From: a virus
Taxonomy: Duplodnaviria; Caudoviricetes
Length of the DNA stretch: 53,651 bases
Direction: 5' to 3' (one strand)
Virus record (IMG/VR): IMGVR_UViG_3300050343_000116
Span: 1 to 53,651 of that record
Shown here piece by piece: positions 50,349 through 53,651 of this stretch. Under the pieces are notes generated by a model. The model saw only the letters and a program-made list of their open reading frames with translations. It was not told the origin of the DNA and made no database searches. Both the position numbers and the translations under genes were made by a program. Positions within the stretch are counted from its first letter, which is position 1. The number at the start of each line of letters is the position of its first letter.

Positions 50349-50551
50349 GCCGCCACCTCCTCGCGTCGTCGCAATTCGCCTCTGCAATACCAGAACTCAT
50401 CCCAGTACTGCCCGGACTTCGGCCCATGCGGCATCGCCTCAAGTGCCCGCCAGCAGTCCATGGCGACGTACTCCAGAGAGTCGCTGGAGCGCTTCTTGCA
50501 GAGCGCCTGATACTCGCTGTGCCATTGGTGTTGCCCGTATGAGTAATTCAT
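50345..50551 (-). CDS. Hypothetical protein
   Basis: YWDEFWYC..ELRRR; GGAGG RBS and ATGA coupling. Confidence 0.7.
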   Translation of the reverse strand: MNYSYGQHQWHSEYQALCKKRSSDSLEYVAMDCWRALEAMPHGPKSGQYWDEFWYCRGELRRREEVAA

Positions 50552-50829
50552 GCCGCCACCTCCTGCTTCGCCTTGAGACGGTTGTGCGCTTCCTGCACGT
50601 CAATGCCGATAGATGCCAGCTTGCGCTCTACGGTAAAGACTCGCTGTGCGGCGGTGTCGACCCACTCATCGATGAACTCAGGCACAAAGCCGTCGAGCGT
50701 GTTGCTGTAATGTCGCTTGCGATCGAGCGCGTAACCACAGTCTCGACGGGCGTCTACAAGCTCTGCGATGTCGTCAGCGATAAGGCTGGCCAGAACAAGG
50801 CAAATTGGATTGTTGGTGATGTCGCTCAT
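50548..50829 (-). CDS. Hypothetical protein
   Basis: GGAGG RBS and ATGA coupling. Confidence 0.7.
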   Translation of the reverse strand: MSDITNNPICLVLASLIADDIAELVDARRDCGYALDRKRHYSNTLDGFVPEFIDEWVDTAAQRVFTVERKLASIGIDVQEAHNRLKAKQEVAA

Positions 50830-51068
50830 GCCGTCACCTCCCGGTACTCGTTGCCAGTGACCTGCACGTAGCGCTCAGTGGCGCCCATGTGGTGGCCGGT
50901 GAAGTCGTAGATTGGTGCACTGAGCTGAACCACCCCAGCGGCCCGGTCGTGCCACTTGGTGCTGAAGCTGGCCATGTTCTGGCCGAAGAACCGCAGGGTG
51001 TCCGCGGTGAAGAAATACGGACCAAGAACGCCGGCCTGTTTAATTTGTGCGGGTGTTGGTTTTCTCAT
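50826..51068 (-). CDS. Hypothetical early protein
   Basis: MRKPTPAQIK...PYFFTADTLRFFGQ; CAGGAG RBS. Confidence 0.7.
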   Translation of the reverse strand: MRKPTPAQIKQAGVLGPYFFTADTLRFFGQNMASFSTKWHDRAAGVVQLSAPIYDFTGHHMGATERYVQVTGNEYREVTA

Positions 51069-51102
51069 GTTGATCTCCTGTTGATCAGCAGTCGGGTGGA
51101 TT

Positions 51103-51159
51103 CCCGTGACGCCCCGGAGGACGTTTCGGCTCGTGTCCAGCGAGCCATCATCAGACGGG
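51103..51159 (-). ncRNA. Type I hammerhead ribozyme (HHR-B)
   Basis: CCCGU CUGAUGA (U)GGCUCG CUGGACA CGAGCC GAAA CGUCC UCCG GGGCG UC/ACGGG; cleavage predicted between 51108 and 51107. Confidence 0.88.
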
Positions 51160-51375
51160 CTAAAAAATGAGATTGCTGACATCGGTCTTGCAGAGCTTGC
51201 CTCCCTCAACCCGGTACACATCAATCGAGTCGAGTGCCCTGATTTTTGCCCGAGTCCGAACCATCCACTCAGAACCCTCAACTGCGTTGAGATCTGTTCG
51301 GGTGAAGTCGGAGAGGCGCTTGCACTTGCGTGCCAAGCCGAGCCCGTTGGGATTGTTAGCTGAGATGTAATACAT
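51160..51375 (-). CDS. 71-aa protein flanked by two hammerheads
   Basis: AGGAGG RBS; stop codon abuts stem I of HHR-B. Confidence 0.7.
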   Translation of the reverse strand: MYYISANNPNGLGLARKCKRLSDFTRTDLNAVEGSEWMVRTRAKIRALDSIDVYRVEGGKLCKTDVSNLIF

Positions 51376-51408
51376 GGTGACCTCCTGTTGGTCGTAAGCG
51401 GTGGATTT

Positions 51409-51465
51409 CCGCAGACACCCCGAAGGGTGTTTCGGCCGGTTTCCCTCCGGCTCTCGTCAGTGCGG
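51409..51465 (-). ncRNA. Type I hammerhead ribozyme (HHR-C)
   Basis: CCGCA CUGACGA G(A)GCCGG AGGGAAA CCGGCC GAAA CACCC UUCG GGGUG UC/UGCGG; cleavage predicted between 51414 and 51413. Confidence 0.9.
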
Positions 51466-51660
51466 TGCCTTGCTCAGGCAGGCCTTGCAGTCGGTCATGT
51501 GGGGAGACTCTCCCTCGACCTCGAACCCGTCCCCATAGCTGGGGATGGCTCGACCGCAAAGCGTCGTTGTCTCGTCGTCGGTCAAGTGGACCTTGGACAC
51601 GGGACCAAGTCGGTCCCGATAAATCCCAATCCACTGACTCCACCTCACTGCCTCCCTCAT
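51457..51660 (-). CDS. Small Zn-binding-like protein
   Basis: VHL...TLCG...DCKAC; CAGGAG RBS; stop codon lies in the HHR-C core. Confidence 0.65.
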   Translation of the reverse strand: MREAVRWSQWIGIYRDRLGPVSKVHLTDDETTTLCGRAIPSYGDGFEVEGESPHMTDCKACLSKAPH

Positions 51661-52220
51661 GCTGTCAGCTCCTGTTGATCGCGAAGCTCCATGACGCACT
51701 GGCAAACCATCTCTCGATCGCAAGTGTCACCGTCGAATGGAAAGTCTGGCCTACTTACCAGACGCATCAGGTAGCCTTGATAGGCCTCGTCCCAAGTCAT
51801 GGGCTCATGTCTCCCGTCGTCGTAAATTCCGCCGGGTCCGTAGAAATCCATGCAGTAGTCAATAAACTCGTTCACGTCCGCGGGGAGATAACTCTTCATG
51901 CTGTCACCCCCCCAAGCGGCTGAGCCGTCCTCGATGGCCAGCTCCTCGCGCCAGACCTCAAGCTGGACCTCTGACCCGCTTTTCTTGAGTAGCGCATGAG
52001 CCTCGTCATGAATCTGGTCGAGCTGATCAGCGGTCCAAGTGATGGATTCGCAGTGCGCGTGCTGGCCTGCCTTGGATAGCTCAGCCTCAGCCTGCTCGAG
52101 CGCGATCAGGGATTTGCGTAATGCGGCAAATTCGGTCTGTCGGCCTACATGCACTTGGACGGCCTGACGGGTCCACTCTGAGTACTGCTCGATGTCGTGC
52201 TTCATTGTTAGGTCAAACAT
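51657..52220 (-). CDS. Hypothetical ORF, probably two genes (second starts at 51899) fused by a homopolymer indel
   Basis: Internal G-run-TGACAGCATGA junction like neighbouring gene junctions; FYGPGGIY...FDGDTCDRE motif in the second half. Confidence 0.55.
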   Translation of the reverse strand: MFDLTMKHDIEQYSEWTRQAVQVHVGRQTEFAALRKSLIALEQAEAELSKAGQHAHCESITWTADQLDQIHDEAHALLKKSGSEVQLEVWREELAIEDGSAAWGGDSMKSYLPADVNEFIDYCMDFYGPGGIYDDGRHEPMTWDEAYQGYLMRLVSRPDFPFDGDTCDREMVCQCVMELRDQQELTA

Positions 52221-52249
52221 AGTTATCTCTCCGTGTGGTTTGGTCTGGG

Positions 52250-52534
52250 TTAGACGAGGTAAGGCGTGTAGCCGTGGAATGACTTGTAGGCCTTGCCGAA
52301 TGCGTCCAGCTCACGCTGGGGCAGATCCCAGACGTAGGCATCCTGATACCGGTCGTACAGCTCACTCTCCTTGTCCTCCTGCCGCATGGCGACGTCGTGG
52401 TACCGGTCGCTGTCGGGATCGAGTGCGTCCAGCTTGAGCTGGTGCTTATCGACCACGGCGCAGTAGCGGCGGTCTGCCTCGTACAGGTGGTTGAGTGCTC
52501 GCTGGTGCTTGGCGTTGATTGCTGTGTGGTTCAT
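52250..52534 (-). CDS. First early gene, hypothetical protein
   Basis: ACCACACGGAG RBS; 94 aa. Confidence 0.7.
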   Translation of the reverse strand: MNHTAINAKHQRALNHLYEADRRYCAVVDKHQLKLDALDPDSDRYHDVAMRQEDKESELYDRYQDAYVWDLPQRELDAFGKAYKSFHGYTPYLV

Positions 52535-52594
52535 GTCTAGCTCTCCGTGTGGTTTGTCACAATTGACACATGCCGGTCAGCGACCGGGCACGTA

Positions 52595-52625
52595 ATTATA
52601 AAACACAAGAGATTTTGCATGTCCA
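52595..52625 (-). promoter_or_regulatory. Probable early promoter
   Basis: Perfect TATAAT at 52600-52595, TGGACA upstream at a non-ideal 19-nt spacing; AT-rich divergent region. Confidence 0.45.
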
Positions 52626-52724
52626 CATGTTTTTATAAAAAGATTCGAAATAAGTCTTTTAAAAGGTTAAAATTGAGAGACAGATCAGCAACTTAGGCCT
52701 TACACAGTGGAGAGCGCACAAGCA

Positions 52725-53012
52725 ATGGATTTACAGCAGACCTTGTCAAGTATTGACGGCAAGCTCGACCGCTTGTCTGCGGACGTTGCGGCCCTCTCAA
52801 ATCAGGCCAGTAGGATAGATGAGCGAATGATTGGACAGGATGCGCGGCTCAAGCGGCACGAGATGAGACTCGACCAAATGGAGTTCGATCAGCGTGAGAT
52901 CCAGCTGGCAGTAGCGAAGGCTCACGGCCGTGGCGCGATGATGGAACGAGCGGCTTGGATAGTGTTTGCGGCGGCCCTTACCCTAGGCCAAAAATTTATT
53001 GCCGCGGGATAA
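52725..53012 (+). CDS. XhlA-like coiled-coil membrane protein
   Basis: Coiled coil followed by WIVFAAALTLG TM segment. Confidence 0.55.
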   Translation: MDLQQTLSSIDGKLDRLSADVAALSNQASRIDERMIGQDARLKRHEMRLDQMEFDQREIQLAVAKAHGRGAMMERAAWIVFAAALTLGQKFIAAG

Positions 53013-53071
53013 AAAACAACCCACCCCACTGCCGGTCTCTCCTGTATGTGAGTAAGGCAAGGACGTATGTA

Positions 53072-53542
53072 ATGACAGAACGAAAGCTGACCATCAAACA
53101 AGAACGATTCATTGACGAGTATCTGCTCACCGGCAACGGAACAGACGCCTGTCGTCGGGCTGGGTACAGTCAGAAGAGCCAGAACTGCCTCAGGGTGCAG
53201 TCAACTGAGAACCTAGCCAAACCTAACGTAAAAGCAGAGATCGAGCGCAGGAGGGCCGTTATGGCTGAAGAAACACAGGACAGACGTGCGAAATGGGTAT
53301 CCCGTCTCGAGGAGCTGGGAGAGTCGGCAGAGAAGGACGCCGACAAACTGAGGGCCATCGAGGGGCTGTTCAAGGCTGAAGGCTGGCTTGCTCCGGAACA
53401 GAAAGAAATTACGACCTTTGAGTCTTCTTTTTTGGCGGATTTGGAGCTTGACGACGAGGAAAATGGGCCGGGCTTGCGGGCGGACAATTTGCTGGTGGTC
53501 GACTTTGGTAGCGATAACAACGACTTAGGCGATCAGGACTGA
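53072..53542 (+). CDS. terS: Terminase small subunit
   Basis: LTIKQERFIDEYL..GNGTDACRRAGYS...ENLAKPNV. Confidence 0.9.
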   Translation: MTERKLTIKQERFIDEYLLTGNGTDACRRAGYSQKSQNCLRVQSTENLAKPNVKAEIERRRAVMAEETQDRRAKWVSRLEELGESAEKDADKLRAIEGLFKAEGWLAPEQKEITTFESSFLADLELDDEENGPGLRADNLLVVDFGSDNNDLGDQD

Positions 53543-53651
53543 ACCTTTGCTAGGTTCGACTCCTTGAATCCATCAGATCCAGAGGTCGTGCGGTCGGGTA
53601 TGGGGGGGGATAGGCGTCAGGCGGGGGCGCTGTCAAACACTTGGTACCATG
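53292..53651. repeat. Direct terminal repeat, right copy
   Basis: Matches 1-361. Confidence 0.97.

Noticed and set aside
50826-51281. 151-aa ORF as listed in the ORF track
   Set aside because: Its 5' extension runs through HHR-B and another gene; the likely start is 51068 with a clear RBS

Overview
This window is an apparently complete genome (~53.3 kb unique sequence plus a ~360-bp direct terminal repeat) of a temperate, podovirus-like tailed phage, probably of a marine gammaproteobacterium (host is inference). The + strand carries lysis and small basic genes, terL, portal, scaffold, a P22-coat-like capsid, tail genes, ejection proteins and a 2348-aa polyvalent protein. These are followed by attP (3' half of tRNA-Gly(GCC)), a tyrosine integrase, an SSB/exonuclease/Sak recombination module, a repressor, a replication initiator with iterons, a primase-helicase, nucleases, a minus-strand block of small early genes, and terS. 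Many single-base indels split essential genes (mostly at 3.4-8.3 kb) and look like long-read errors. The most striking content is an apparent RNA-level control layer. Three type I hammerhead ribozymes sit between early genes, each cleaving 38-39 nt upstream of the next start codon. A divergent, tandem-repeat CsrA/RsmA-like protein is encoded, and a conserved ACACGGA/ACAGGA motif lies at the RBS of integrase, repressor, initiator, Sak and early genes. Separately, two small +1-frame ORFs are nested directly behind the two catalytic domains of the giant ejection protein, like built-in immunity genes.
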